Assembly: GCF_001194135.2 (NCBI RefSeq)
Contig: NC_068990.1
Coordinates: 57,215,495-57,279,494 of the forward strand
DNA from: Octopus bimaculoides
Lineage: Eukaryota
Length of the DNA: 64,000 nt
Direction: 5' to 3'
Shown here: one piece after another, positions 63,201-64,000 of the stretch
Position numbering within the stretch: position 1 is the stretch's first letter
How the letters are laid out: every line of letters starts with the position of its first letter
Notes under the pieces: model-generated
Seen by the model: the letters and a program-made list of their open reading frames with translations, nothing else
What the model was told of the DNA's origin: nothing
Databases searched by the model: none
Program-made: the position numbers and the translations under genes

Positions 63201-63506
63201 TTGAAGGCGCGTGGGTCATGATTGCAAGGTCATGAGTTCAATTCTTGGTGATGTGTTGTGTCCTTAAGTAAGATACTTTATTTCACGTTGCAATAGTCAA
63301 TTCAGCAGGGCTGGCAAAAATGGGTAGCACCTGTATTTCAAAAGGGGCAGCCTTGTCACATTCTATACCACACTGAATCTCCCTGGGCACCACGTAACTA
63401 TGGAGTGCTCAGCCACATGCACATTAACTTCATGAGGAGGCTGTTCCATTGATCGAATCAACTGGAACCCTCATCATCGTAACCGGCAGAGTACCAATAC
63501 CAGTGC
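63201..63506 (+). mobile_element. SINE family C variant with TSD
   Basis: Shares the tail GGAGTGCTCAGCCAC..GGCTGTTCCATTGATC..CAACTGGAACC with 35426. Imperfect 12-bp TSD TACACATTATCA (63189-63200) / TATACATTGTCA (63507-63518). Confidence 0.85.
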
Positions 63507-63946
63507 TATACATTGTCACAATGGCTTTGTATTTTTGTCCATTGTAAATTGTATAGTTTCATATGATTTTGTTTCATCTAACATCTCCAAATCCTTATTA
63601 AAGAGAAAAGATTGAAAAATTATAATTTTGAACTTGAAAAATATTACATCTTTAGCGAAATGTTATCTGAATTTTCTTATCATTCAGTTTTATAATTTTC
63701 ACTCAATTATATTGTACTGTATTTGTTGAAGCTAACAGTTTTAGTGATAAATTGAGTTGAAACCTTTTATACTGATTGGTCTGCCATTTATTATTAAACT
63801 TCTGATTCAGATGATATCAAAATTCTGTTAAAAGCCACCACCCAGAGAATAAGGTTCAATAACCAGAGCTGAATGTTTGAGTAATTTATTTATCCACTTC
63901 CACAATACCAAATTTCTCTTCTGCTACAAGACAAGAATCTAAGATA

Positions 63947-63960
63947 TACACACACACGCA

Positions 63961-64000
<40 letters not shown>
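63947..64000. repeat. (CA)n microsatellite running off the window
   Basis: Directly visible. Confidence 0.95.

Overview
AT-rich eukaryotic DNA, dense in microsatellites, with several N-gaps. The repeat families and the assembly style (10-N gaps flanked by duplicated contig ends) look like a cephalopod, most likely Octopus; this is my recognition of the repeats, not a database result. I cannot support any complete protein-coding gene, true tRNA, rRNA or CRISPR array, and most ORFs in the supplied track are translations of microsatellites or gaps. The window reads as intronic/intergenic DNA built from transposon relics: (1) LINE 3' fragments: two Tx1/L1-type, several RTE-type (one with a PHD-type finger inside the RT region), a Dong/R4-type pair in (AAT)n, and old CR1-like pieces; (2) DNA transposons: an internally deleted mariner, an internally deleted Chapaev3-type element, three TTAA MITEs and a fold-back MITE; (3) about 25 SINE-like copies from three working families, here called A, B and C. 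The most interesting signals are a degenerate minimal hammerhead ribozyme in a Penelope-like remnant (45299-45334, minus), a 3' tail shared by SINE-B and the Tx1-type LINE, module swapping among SINE-C copies, (TAA)n-associated LINE insertions, a 114-bp local templated insertion inside an RTE relic, nested inverted SINEs that could form dsRNA, and a speculative plus-strand exon chain with in-frame TGA codons. Element boundaries are approximate unless a TSD or TIR is quoted.
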